Source of the DNA: Squalus acanthias
Lineage: Eukaryota
Length of the DNA: 64,000 bases
Assembly (NCBI GenBank): GCA_030390025.1
Contig: CM059425.1
Location: 18,786,001 to 18,850,000 of the forward strand
Reading direction: 5' to 3'
Shown: positions 50,817-61,354 of the stretch, in pieces
Layout of the letters: every line of letters begins with the position of its first letter
Numbering within the stretch: position 1 is the stretch's first letter
Made by a program: the position numbers and the translations under genes
The notes under the pieces: generated by a model
Told to the model about the DNA's origin: nothing
The model's database searches: none
What the model saw: only the letters and a program-made list of their open reading frames with translations

Positions 50817-51660
50817 GGGCTGGATTTTGTCAGTGGGGACGTGTTGGAGGCGGGACTCCCACTTTTTGGGTTGTAGTCCCGCCTCCATCGACTTGTGGCC
50901 AACCCACTGTATTTTCCCTTGATTGACCTTGTTAAGCCCGCCCAGCGGGCTTAGCAGGCCAATCAAGGGTCCCTTGGATACAGGTGACATCAGCCATTGA
51001 AATTTCATCTGTCAAGAGCTTTTGACAGATGAAATTTCGGCGTTTGACAGCTCTGTGAAGCTGTCAAACACTGACAATATGATTTCTAACGTGAGTCCCT
51101 GTACTTAGACTCAGTTAGAAATCAATCCAGCACAGAAAGCAGAGACTGCAGCTTTTGACAGCTCCGCAGCCATTCTGCTTTCTGTGCCGGTGAGATTTCT
51201 GACTCCCGAGACCTGAAGGGCTGACACCTGCAGGAGGAAGTTAAGGTAAGTAAAACTTTTTTCCACACTTTACACTTACCTTACATACTTACCTCTGCTC
51301 ACATGCACCCATCACTCACCTGCCCAACGGACATATCGACCCCTCCAACCCCTGCAGACCTACGGTCCACCTCGCTAAAACGGCGTGGTTTGGAGCCGTC
51401 AGGTAGCCCACACTTCAGGGCTAAAAATAGGGATTAGGCAACAAACTGCCTGTTAACTACCTGTTAACAGGCAGTTAATTGTCACTAATCCCCTTCCCGC
51501 CTCGGGGAGGCGGCTCCCAGCACAGGTCGGGTACCCGCCTCCAGCGAAACTGGCATGGAGGCGGGTTGGGGGCGGGATGGGTTCGGGACCCCCGAATCTG
51601 CTATTTTCCCACCCCACACGCCTCCAAACCCGCCTCCACGGGTCAATGAAAATTCTGCCC
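50817..51660. mobile_element. Harbinger-type MITE
   Basis: TIRs gggctggatttt / aaaattctgccc, perfect TSD ATA. Confidence 0.88.
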
Positions 51661-52266
51661 ATAGAGTACAAAAGCAAGGAAGTTATGATGAACCTTTATA
51701 AAACACTGGTTTGGCCTCAACTGGAGTATTGTGTCCAATTCTGGGCACCGCACTTTAGGAAGGATATGAAGGCATTAGAGAGGGTACAGAAAAGATTTAC
51801 GAGAATGATTCCAGGGATGAGGGACTTCAGTTATGTGGATAGACTAGAGAAGCTGGGGCTGTTCTCCTTGGAGCAGAGAAGGTTGAGAGGAGATTTGATA
51901 GAAGTGTTCAAAATCATGAGGGGTCCAGACAGAGTAGATAGAGAGAAACTGTTCCCATTGGTGGAAGGGTCGAGAACCAGAGGACACAGATTCAAAATGT
52001 TTGGCAAAAGAACCAAAGGCGACATGAGGAAAAACCTTTTTATGCAGCGAGTGGTTAGGATCTGGAATGCACTGCCTGAAAGGGTGGTGGAGGCAGACTC
52101 AATCGTAGCTTTCAGAAGGGAATTGGATAAGTACCTGAAGGAAAAAAAATTGCAGGGCTACGGGGAAAGGGGAGTGGGACTAGCTGAAGAGCTCTTGCAG
52201 AGAGCCGGCACGGGCTCGACGGGCCAAATGGCCTCCTTCTGTGCTGTAACCATTCTATGATTCTAT

Positions 52267-53026
52267 GGCCCGTAATTTCCGATAGAAGGCTTCCTGCATG
52301 CGAATGCCTCCTATCCGAAAAAAATCTACGCACTTACCTGAGGGCTCCCGAGGTCCAGACACTTCCGATGCTGGGACTCTCAACAGTTGAAATGCACAGG
52401 GCCCACGTATCCCAGGGGCGCATGCGGTTCGCAAGTGTCCCTGGGATCACGTGGGCCAGGCAAGCCAATGAAAGAAGGGAATCCCCCTTCATACTTTTGA
52501 CAGATAGACCTGTCAAAAGTATGAATGGGGATCACTGAAAAAAGACACTAAAACATTAAATAAATTTAAAAAAAACCATCACGCTTTTAAAATGAGTTAA
52601 AATTACATTAAATTAAATATTTTAAAGAAAAATGTAATTTTTTGAAAAAAACAATTAAAGTTTTTTACGGGGCTAAAAATAAACTAACCTTTTTTAAAAG
52701 TATTTTTAAATTATAAATGAGTGAAAAAAATTTTTAAAAACTTTTTTAAACTCTTATGCTAGTAAAAGCAGGCCTTACGCCTGCTTTTACCAGGCGTAAG
52801 ATTTCTAAGGGTTTTCAGCGGGCGGAGGTTCTGCAGAAAGCGGAACTCTCCACCCGCAGAGGCCCTTCTCCAGGGCAGACGTCCGATCTGTCAAGAGGAT
52901 TCTTGACAGATCAGAAATGCCGGTTTTCAGCGCATGCGCTTCGCATGCCTGAAACCGGCATTTCCGATGTCCCTACGGGTGTGTACACAGCTCGTACACA
53001 CCCGTAGACATCAGAAAATACGGGCC
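52267..53026. mobile_element. Harbinger-type MITE
   Basis: TIRs ggcccgtaatttccga / tcagaaaatacgggcc; inserted into a CR1 microsatellite tail; flanks TAT/AAT. Confidence 0.88.
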
Positions 53027-53049
53027 AATGATTCTTGTATATACTTAAT

Positions 53050-53814
53050 GGCCCAGAAATTAAACATCGATGGTTCCCGCGGGGGTAAGGATTCCCCGCG
53101 ATATCGCACTCCGCGCCTACCTTTTTGTTTGGGGCCCACACGAACTTTAGTTTCAGAGCCTCTCCCTGTTGCAACCGTGCAGTGCTTGCATATCCCAGAG
53201 GCGCAATTAGTTCGTGCGAGCTCTGGGATCACGTGATTCAGTTAGAGCCAATGGCAGCACACCATCTTTCATTCATAGTTTTGACAGCAAGGGCTGTCAA
53301 AGCTATGAATACTACAAACCCCCAAAAGAACAGCTAAACCTCAATTAAATTTTTTAAAAAAGCCATCACATTAACAAAATAAGTATAGTTAAATAAATTA
53401 ACCACTTTAAACAAAAAATTAAATTTTTGAAAAAATTTAAAATCTTTTTAAAAGTTATAAAAATAAACTTACCTTTCTTTAAAGTCTCTAAAAAAGATAA
53501 ACCTGTTTAAAAAAATTTAAAATCACACTTAATTAACTACTTACCTTGTTAAAAGGGGGTCCTATGCCTGCTTTCTTTATGTGTAAAATCTTCACCACTT
53601 ACCTGCGCGTTCAAACCTGAAAAAAAATCTAAGTGCACTGCGTGCGCGCAGCCTGTAGCGCGCACGCGGTTCACTTAGGAACCGCCCCCTTTGCAATTCA
53701 CGAAGTGCCAGTTTCCCGCGCATGCGCAGTGCATGCAGGAAACCGGCAATTCGTGACCTAATACGCGAGAGTACACAGTGCGTACTCTCGCGTATTAGGT
53801 TTAATTTTCGGGCC
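53050..53814. mobile_element. Harbinger-type MITE (related subfamily)
   Basis: TIRs ggcccagaaattaaac / gtttaattttcgggcc, perfect TSD AAT. Confidence 0.88.
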
Positions 53815-54550
53815 AATGACTCAGCATCCACAGTCCTTTGGGGTAGAGAATTCCAAAGACTCACAACCTTCTGAGTGAAGAAATTCCTCCTCATCTCAGT
53901 CTTAAATGGCCTACCCCTTATCCTGAGACTATGCCCCCTAGTTCTAGACACTCCAACCAGGGGAAACAACCTCTCAGCATCTACCCTGTCAATCCCCCTC
54001 AGAAACTCATATGTTTCAATGAGATCACCTTTCATTCTTTTAAACTCAAGAGACTATAGGCCCAATCTACTCAATCTCTCCTCATAGGACAGCCCTCTCA
54101 TCCCAGGAATCAATCTAGTGAACTTACGTTGCACCGCCTCTAAGGCAAGTTTATCTTTCCTTAGATAAGGAGATGAAAACTGTGCACCGTGCTCCAGGTG
54201 TGGACTCACCAAAGCCTTGTATAATTGTAGCAAGACTTCCTTACTCTTGTACTCCAACCCCCTTGCAATAAAGGCCTGCATGCTAATTATCTGTGTTTCC
54301 TGTACAAGGAATCCCACATCTCTCTGAGCACCAACATTTAATAGTTTCTCACCATTTAAAAAATATTCTGTTTTTCTATTCTTCCTACCAAAGTGAATAA
54401 CCTCACATTTCCCCACATTATACTCCATCTGCCACCTTATTGCCCACTCAGTTAACCTGTCTACATCCCTTTGCAGGCTCTTTATGTATTCCTCATGGCT
54501 TACATTCCCACCTAGCTTTGTATTGTCAGCAAACTTGGATACATTACACT
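53815..54550 (-). mobile_element. CR1 RT 3' fragment
   Basis: ORFs 54054-54428 and 53592-54035 (CR1 part). Confidence 0.85.
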
Positions 54551-54699
54551 TCCTTTCTTCCTAACATTCAAAAGAGAATTGGATAAATACTTGAAGGGTA
54601 AATATTTACAGGGCTATGGGGTAAGAGCAGGGGACTGGGCTAAATTAGATAGCTCTACCAAAGAGCTGGCACAGGCACAATGGGCCTTCCTTAGTGGGA

Positions 54700-57388
54700 A
54701 GTTGAGAATTTGTTGAGAGTGGGAATTTAGTGCATAGAGGGTAATGAGGTGCTCCTTTTAGTTAAGTTCATTAGTTTCAAATAACCCAAATGAATTAATT
54801 ACATAAAACTTTAATTAAATATATAAACCAAGGTTAGATAGAGATGGCAGTGCAGGAGGTGTGCCGCATATGCAGCATGTGGGAGTTTGTGGAGAGCAGT
54901 GTGATCCCAGGCAACCATATCTGCAGTAAGTGTCTGCAACTTGAGGAACTTCGGCTCAGAGTTGTTGAACTGGAGGCCGAGGTGCAGATATTGCGATGTA
55001 TCAGGGAGGGGGAGAGTTGAGAACATAAGAACATAAGAAATAGGAGCAGGAGTAGGCCATTTGGCCCTTCGAGCCTGCGCCGCCATTCAATGAGATCATA
55101 GCTGACCTTCTGCCTCAACTCCATTCACTGGCCCTATCGCCATATCCCTTGATGCCCTTACTAGTCAGAAATCTATCGACTTCTGTTTTGAATATACCCA
55201 ATGACTGAGCCTCCACAGCCTCTGGGGTAGAGAATTCCAAAGATTCACCACCCTCTGTGTGTAGAAATTTCTTCTCATCTCAGTCCTGAATGGCCTACCC
55301 TTTATCCTGAGGCTGTGACCCCTGGTTCTAGACTCCCCAGCCAAGGGAAACATTTTCCCAGCATCCACCCTATCAAGCCCTGTAATAATTTTGTATGCTT
55401 CAATGAGATCCTCCTCATTCTTCTGAATTCAAGAGAATGCAGGCCTAGTTTACTCAATCTCTTCTCATACGACAGTCCCGCCATCCCAGGAATCAATCTC
55501 GTGAACCTTCGTTGCACTCCCTCTATGGCAAGTATATCCTTCCTTAGGTAAGGAGACCAAAATTGTACACAGTACTCCAGGTGTGGTCTCACCAAGGTCC
55601 TATATAATTGGAGTAAGACTTCTTTACTCCTGTACTCAAATCCTCTTGTAATGAAGGCCAGCATACCATTTGCCTTCCTAATGGCTTGCTGCACCTGTAC
55701 ATTCACTTTCAGTGACTCATGTACAAGGACACCCAGGTCCCTTTGAGCATCTGCACTCCCCAATCTTTCACCATTTAGAAAATACTCTGCCTTTCTGTTT
55801 TTTCTACCAAAGTGGATAACTTCACATTTATCCACATTATATTCCATCTGCCATGTTCTCGCCCACTCACTGAGCCTGTCGAGATCCCCTTGAAGCCTCT
55901 TCACATCCTCTTCACAACTGACACTGCCACCTAGCTTTGTATCATCAGCAAATTTGGAAATGTTACATTTAGTCCCCTCATCCAAATCATTGATATAGAT
56001 TGTGAATAGCTGGGGCCCAAGTACCGATCCTTGCGGTACCCCACTAGTCACAGCCTGCCATCCTGAAAAAGACCCGTTTATCCCTACTCTTTGTTTTCTG
56101 TCTGTTAACCAATTCTCAATCCATGCTAGTATATTACCCCCAATTCCATGTGCCCTAATTTTGTTCACCAACCTCTTGTGTGGGACCTTATCGATGGCCT
56201 TTTGAAAATCCAAATACACCACATCTACCGGTTCCCCTTTGTCTACGCCACTAGTTACATCCTCAAGAACTCCAATAGGTTTGTCAAACAGGATTTCCCT
56301 TTCATAAATCAATGTTACCTGGACATTTTGACCCAGGAGGCAGTCACACCCCTTAGGATAGGAAGTGGTTTAGATTTGGTTAGTGGTCAGGGACAGGAGG
56401 GTGTGACTGTGACTCAGGCAGGTAAGGGGACTGCAGATGCAGTGGTGGAGGAGCCCCAGCCTTTGTCATTGTCCAACAGGTACTTGCTACTGGTGTGGAT
56501 GAGAACAAAGACTACAGGGAGGATCGGCAAATTGACCATGGCAAGTGGGGGGAGCGAAAAGGAATATGGTAGTCGTAGGGGATAGTATAGTCAGGGGGAC
56601 AGATACTGTTCTCTCCAGCTGCAACTGGGAGTCCTGAAGACTATGTTGTCTGCCCCGTGCCAGTGTTAAGAACAACTCCTCACGGCTGGAGAAAAACCTG
56701 GCGAAGGAGGGGCAAGATCCAGTTGTTGAGGTCCACGTAGGAACCAACGACATAGGTAGAACTAGGAATGAAGTTCTGCTGAGGGAGTTTGAGGAGTTAG
56801 GGTCCAAATTAAAAAGCAGAACCTCAAAGGTATCTATGGGTTACTACCTGAGCCACGGCAAATTGGCATAGGGACAAACAGATTAAAGGTTTAAATGCGC
56901 GTCTGAAAGAGTTGTGTGGGAGGCAAGGGTTTCAATTCATGGGGCACTGGCACCAGTAGTGGGGAGAGAGGGAGCTGTTACGTTGGGACGGACTCCAGTT
57001 AAACCATGCTGGGACCAGCGTCCTGGCGAATCGAATAACTAGAATGGTAAATAGGGCTTTAAACTATTATGGGGAAGGGAGGGTTCAGGTAAGGGTCAAT
57101 TTATAAGTCTAAAGAGAAACGTCATGTCTGTAGAGTAGAGGAGTGACTTGGGTAAAATCAAGCAGATTATTGTGTCAGGAATGGATAGAGAGTTAACAAT
57201 GTTAATAGGGCATTAGCGACTAAGGCTACATCAGGGAAAAATAGTAAAAAGTTAAAATTAAAGGCGCTATACCTGAATGCACGAAGCATTCGTAATAAGA
57301 AGATGAATTAATGGCACAAAGATAAATGGGTTTGATCTAGTAGCCATTACTAAGACGTGGTTGCAGGGTGACCAAGGTTGGGAACTAA
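54700..57388 (+). mobile_element. Decayed CR1 5' half (ORF1 and start of ORF2), split by a CR1 at 55018-56312 and cut by the Harbinger
   Basis: MAVQEVCRICSMWE..ICSKC at 54844; GDSIVRG, CCLP, HVGTND esterase blocks at 56578-56760; YLNARSIRNK at about 57270. Confidence 0.85.
55018..56312 (-). mobile_element. 5'-truncated CR1
   Basis: ORF 55302-56312 RT motifs; agaacataagaacataagaa tail at 55020. Confidence 0.92.
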
Positions 57389-57904
57389 GGGGTAAAAATT
57401 CAGTTGGTTGCGCCTCCCGTTAGCGCCTTAAGAGGGCACTAATGGGGCGTTAAGGCGCTAACGCCCGGGCGCAGCGCTGTTTGCGCCGCTCGAGAACTTA
57501 ACTTGAGATTGTGCGGCGGCGCTAAAACTTACCGCTGCGACCACCTGCGCGCGCAGATTGTGACGTCATTCCGTGGTGCAACGCCCTTGGGGCGCCCCGG
57601 AGCGGAAATTGAGTGGCGCCCCCTGCCTTACCGCCTGGCGCTTCCAACGACCGGAAGACTGGAACGTTATCAATCGGTGTGGGGCTGGGGGGGGCGCTAT
57701 TTAAAGGGGGCCTCTTCCTGTCTTTTTCTGTGGTCGACATTTATGCACCACTCGTTCTGAGAGAGAGAGAGAGATTCGGAGAGAGAGAGAGAGAGAGAGA
57801 CTTCTACATTGACTCAACGCTTTGTGAGGTAGTTTTGCCTAGTTCATCCTAACTTTGCTGCTACTTTCGTTGCTGTACCTCATTACTTTTCTGGCAAAGA
57901 GATT

Positions 57905-59065
57905 ATGGGGGCTGCAATGATTGGGGGCGTCGTCCTGCTCCAGCTCAATCGGAGGATAGTGAGACGCAGACAGAGAGTGGCAATGATGGCCAGACGGAGG
58001 AGGGCCATCAGGCGCATGTACAGGAGAGCTTACCCTCCCAGGGTATATCGTGAACAGCTCTCCTACATCCACATGTCCGAGGAGCTGTGTTTGCGAAGGC
58101 TGCGATTCAGCAAGGAGGTGGTCACTGAGCTCTGCCACCTGCTGCAGCCAGATCTGCAGCCTCAGCTGAGGTCCAGGACGTCTCTGTCGGTGGCAGTGAA
58201 GGTCACAGTGGCTTTGAACTTCTACGCCACTGGCTCATTCCAAGCTGCTGTTGGGGACCTCGCCAATATCTCCCAGTTTGCGGTGCATCGCTGCATCCGG
58301 CAGGTCACCAATGCCCTCTTCACAAGGAGACGAGACTTCATCTCCTTCCCTATGACCCCAGACAAGCAGCATGACCGTGCTATGGGCTTTGCGAGGGTAG
58401 CGGGCTTCCCCATGGTGCAGGGCGCCATTGACTGCACGCATGTGGCTTTGCGTGCTCCGCGAGAGAATGCAGAGGAGTTCCGGAACAGAAAGGGGTTCCA
58501 TTCCTTGAATGTGCAGTTGGTCTGTGACCACAGACAGGTGATTCTCGCTGTCAATGCCCACTATCCGGGCAGCTGCCACGATGCTTTCATCCTGTGCCAG
58601 AGTACTGTGGCAGAAATTTTCGAGGCACCGCATCAGCCAGTTGGTTGGCTTCTGGGGGACAAGGGGTACGCATTGAGCACCTGGCTGATGACACCGCTCC
58701 GTGCGCCAAACACCCCTGCTGAGCTGCGGTACCAGGAAAGCCAACAAGCAACCAGGAACATTATTGAGCGCACAATCGGCGTGCTCAAACAACGATTCCG
58801 CTGTCTGGACCATTCCGGAGGAGCCCTGCAGTACTCGCCTGAGCAAGTTTCCAAATTCGTAGTGGTGTGCTGCATGTTGCACAACATGGCAATCCTCAGG
58901 ACGCAGCCAATGCCACCAGGCCTTGCAGCACCACAAGAGGAGGAGGAGGAAGAGGAGGAACAGGCCGAGGACGATGATCAGCAGCAGCACCAAGGCAGGA
59001 GGGCGGCCCACAATGGTCAAACTGCAAGGGCCGTCCGTCAACGACTAATAGCAAGCCGCTTCTAG
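57905..59065 (+). CDS. Harbinger DDE transposase (HARBI1-like nuclease), intact 386 aa
   Basis: VALNFYATGSFQ HTH region, GAIDCTH, NRKGFHSLNVQLVCD, PGSCHDAFI, LLGDKGY, RNIIERTIGVLKQRFRCL, VVCCMLHN, acidic tail. Confidence 0.95.
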   Translation: MGAAMIGGVVLLQLNRRIVRRRQRVAMMARRRRAIRRMYRRAYPPRVYREQLSYIHMSEELCLRRLRFSKEVVTELCHLLQPDLQPQLRSRTSLSVAVKVTVALNFYATGSFQAAVGDLANISQFAVHRCIRQVTNALFTRRRDFISFPMTPDKQHDRAMGFARVAGFPMVQGAIDCTHVALRAPRENAEEFRNRKGFHSLNVQLVCDHRQVILAVNAHYPGSCHDAFILCQSTVAEIFEAPHQPVGWLLGDKGYALSTWLMTPLRAPNTPAELRYQESQQATRNIIERTIGVLKQRFRCLDHSGGALQYSPEQVSKFVVVCCMLHNMAILRTQPMPPGLAAPQEEEEEEEEQAEDDDQQQHQGRRAAHNGQTARAVRQRLIASRF

Positions 59066-60105
59066 GGCCCCTGCCATTGCTACAAACACGAATCAACCCA
59101 GCACGCAACCCCTAAGCCGGCCAAGGCACCAATAATTCCAACCACCAGCCATGTATATTTTGAATACAGAAACTTATTTATTGTACAAACTCTGTGTGTG
59201 TCAATTCCTCATGACAAACTCATAGAAATAAACACAAAAAAACAGTCAATAACATAACTGGTTCTCACAACCTGGAGATAATGTCCAAAACACTAAACAA
59301 AAGTTGGGCCATGAACCTCGGCCTTTAATAAAAAAATGACCAGCATTTTGGCACACCTCCTACTTTTTGCCCTTCGAGGGTGATCTCCTTCCCTTGCGCA
59401 CTTCCCCCCTTCTAACCCTACTGCTCCTCCGTAATGGGACCTCAGTGGCTGCAGCAAGGCTGGTGGAAGGCTGCTGCTTGTCAGACCCTGACACTGCAGA
59501 TGCCCCTGAAGGACGGCCTCGACCACTTCTGGGCCTGGAGGGCCCGGCTGCAGACTGCACCAACTCTGCATGGGCGGCAGCAGTCTGTCCTACAGGCGGT
59601 GGCAAGTGCAGTGGAGAAGTGACAGTGTTGGCAGCAGGAATGCTGTCATCGTGAGAGAGGACAGCAACTCCCTGCTCGCCCGACACACTGGCACTCCCAC
59701 GGGGCAGCACTTCAGCATCCGGAGCAATTTGCCGGAGAACAGATTGCTGGCCTGCTGCGGCGCGGTGACAGCCCCGGGGACATGTGCACGAACCATCGAG
59801 GATGGCAGCAGTCAGTGCTCGCGTGGCCTCAATCTGAGTCTGCATGAGAGCAGTCTCAGATGGGTTCCTGGCAGCCAGTGACTGAATTGCAGCACTAAGC
59901 TTTAGTGTGGCATCCGCCTGTGCTACAGCGAAATTCTCCACACTCCTTGCCAGTGCCTCAATGCATTCGGGCACCCTTCCCACTGCACCCATGAGCTCAG
60001 TGTGCATGCCCACCGCCTGGCTGTTCATTTCTGCAATCAGCCGCTCCTCCTCTGCGTCCATTGCATTAGGAGTGTCTAGCATACTCTCCCTCTGGGGAGA
60101 AGGCT

Positions 60106-60280
60106 CCCGTTCTTCCCTCCCCCCCCCATGGCGTGGCTGCAGCCCGCTGGGTCCTGGAGCTTCACCATCATCAGCCCCTTCCCCCCTGCTCCCCCGTTCT
60201 TCCCTCCCCCCCAATGGCGTTGCTGCAGCCCGCTGGGTCCTGGAGCTTCACCATCATCAGCCCCTTCCCCCCTGCTCCCC
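60106..60280 (-). repeat. ~86-87-bp tandem duplication in Myb-gene exon 3
   Basis: GSRGEGADDGEAPGPSGLQ occurs twice. Confidence 0.9.
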
Positions 60281-60774
60281 TCCGGGGAAGGCGTGTTCCC
60301 AGTGTGGCCATGGGCTTCCTCGGGAGAGGGTGGCACTGATGCTCCGGCTTCCTCTTCCTCCTCAGCTGCAGCATCACTCCCAGTGGCAGCTTCAGGGACC
60401 ATCTCCTCAGCTGGTGAATCACCATCTGAAAGCAGGGAGGTACAAGAGTGGCTTTAGCGTGAGGACAGGGTGGCAGTAAGGGAGGAATAAGTGCAGCGAG
60501 TTAGCAAGTTGGATTGAAAGTGTCAAAGGCTGGTATTGTGAGGGACAAGTGGAAGGACAGAGGACAAAAAGGTGATGACCTTACCATTGCTGTCCACAAC
60601 GGGGTCGGCGTCCCCAGTGGCGACGGGACCGATCACCCGGCTTGCCACAATCCTGTGGACGCGCTCCTCCAGATCGCTGAGGGGTTACAGCTGAAGCCGC
60701 CCTCCACCCGTCCGTTGCTGCTGTCTCCGATTATGAGCCAGCTTAGCCTGCAAGAAAAAGGACAGCATCTGAGT

Positions 60775-60883
60775 CAATATACAGCCATGGTCTTGCCTGA
60801 TGTGCCTCCCATAGGTGAATAGCCCTTACAATATGCAGCCATGGTCTTGCCTGATGTGCCTCCCATAGGTGAATAGCCCTTAC
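60775..60883. repeat. 54-bp tandem duplication in Myb-gene intron 1
   Basis: caatat(a/g)cagccatggtcttgcctgatgtgcctcccataggtgaatagccctta repeated twice. Confidence 0.92.
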
Positions 60884-61354
60884 TGTATGCAAAGTGTGGA
60901 ATGTGTGTGTGTGTTTGATGAAAGGGCCATAGGTGTTGCATGAGTGTTGTGCATTGGGGTTTTAAGACCCTCTGGCCATAGAGTAAGGTTGAGATGGAGG
61001 GATGGAGAGGTATTGAGAAAAAGCCACTCACCCTGACGACCCGAGTGAGGTCGTTGAACTTTTTGCGGCACTGAACATGGGTCCTGGGCACCATGCTCCT
61101 GGAGGAGACGCTCTGAGCCACCTCCCTCCACACTCTTCTGAACTCGCGTGGCAAAGGCCTCCTGCCACTCTCCGGGAACAGCATGCATCGTCTGCGCTCC
61201 ACTGCGTCAACCAGAGCATCCAAGGCCCGCTCGGTGAAGCGATGAGCGCGTTCTCTCACCCTCTCCATGCTTGGCAGCAAAATGGATTACAGGTCTCTCC
61301 AGGCTGAGATTCAAGGCTGCAATGAGCAGGGTGTGGCTGGGGAGCAAGTGGCCC

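Larger units (their letters stand above)
49011..52266 (+). mobile_element. CR1 (family D) RT half carrying three nested insertions
   Basis: Collinear pieces 49011-49599, 49824-49971, 50718-50816 and 51661-52266. Confidence 0.9.
59360..61268 (-). pseudogene. Harbinger Myb/SANT (trihelix-like) DNA-binding partner gene, 3 exons: 61268-61032, 60747-60585, 60425-59360
   Basis: RAHRFTERALDALVDAV..WREVAQSV..RTHVQCRKKFNDL; canonical GT-AG sites in compatible phases; in-frame TAA at 60685-60687 and a -1 shift in a G-run near 60210. Confidence 0.85.
57389..61354. mobile_element. Near-complete PIF/Harbinger transposon; right end lies beyond the CR1 insertion or the window edge
   Basis: TAA then TIR ggggtaaaaatt; transposase (+) and Myb/SANT gene (-) in convergent orientation. 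Confidence 0.93.

Noticed and set aside
57905..59065. Domesticated host HARBI1 gene
   Set aside because: It has a TIR, a partner Myb gene and a derived MITE, and is inserted into a CR1, so it is a transposon copy; no gene symbol assigned.
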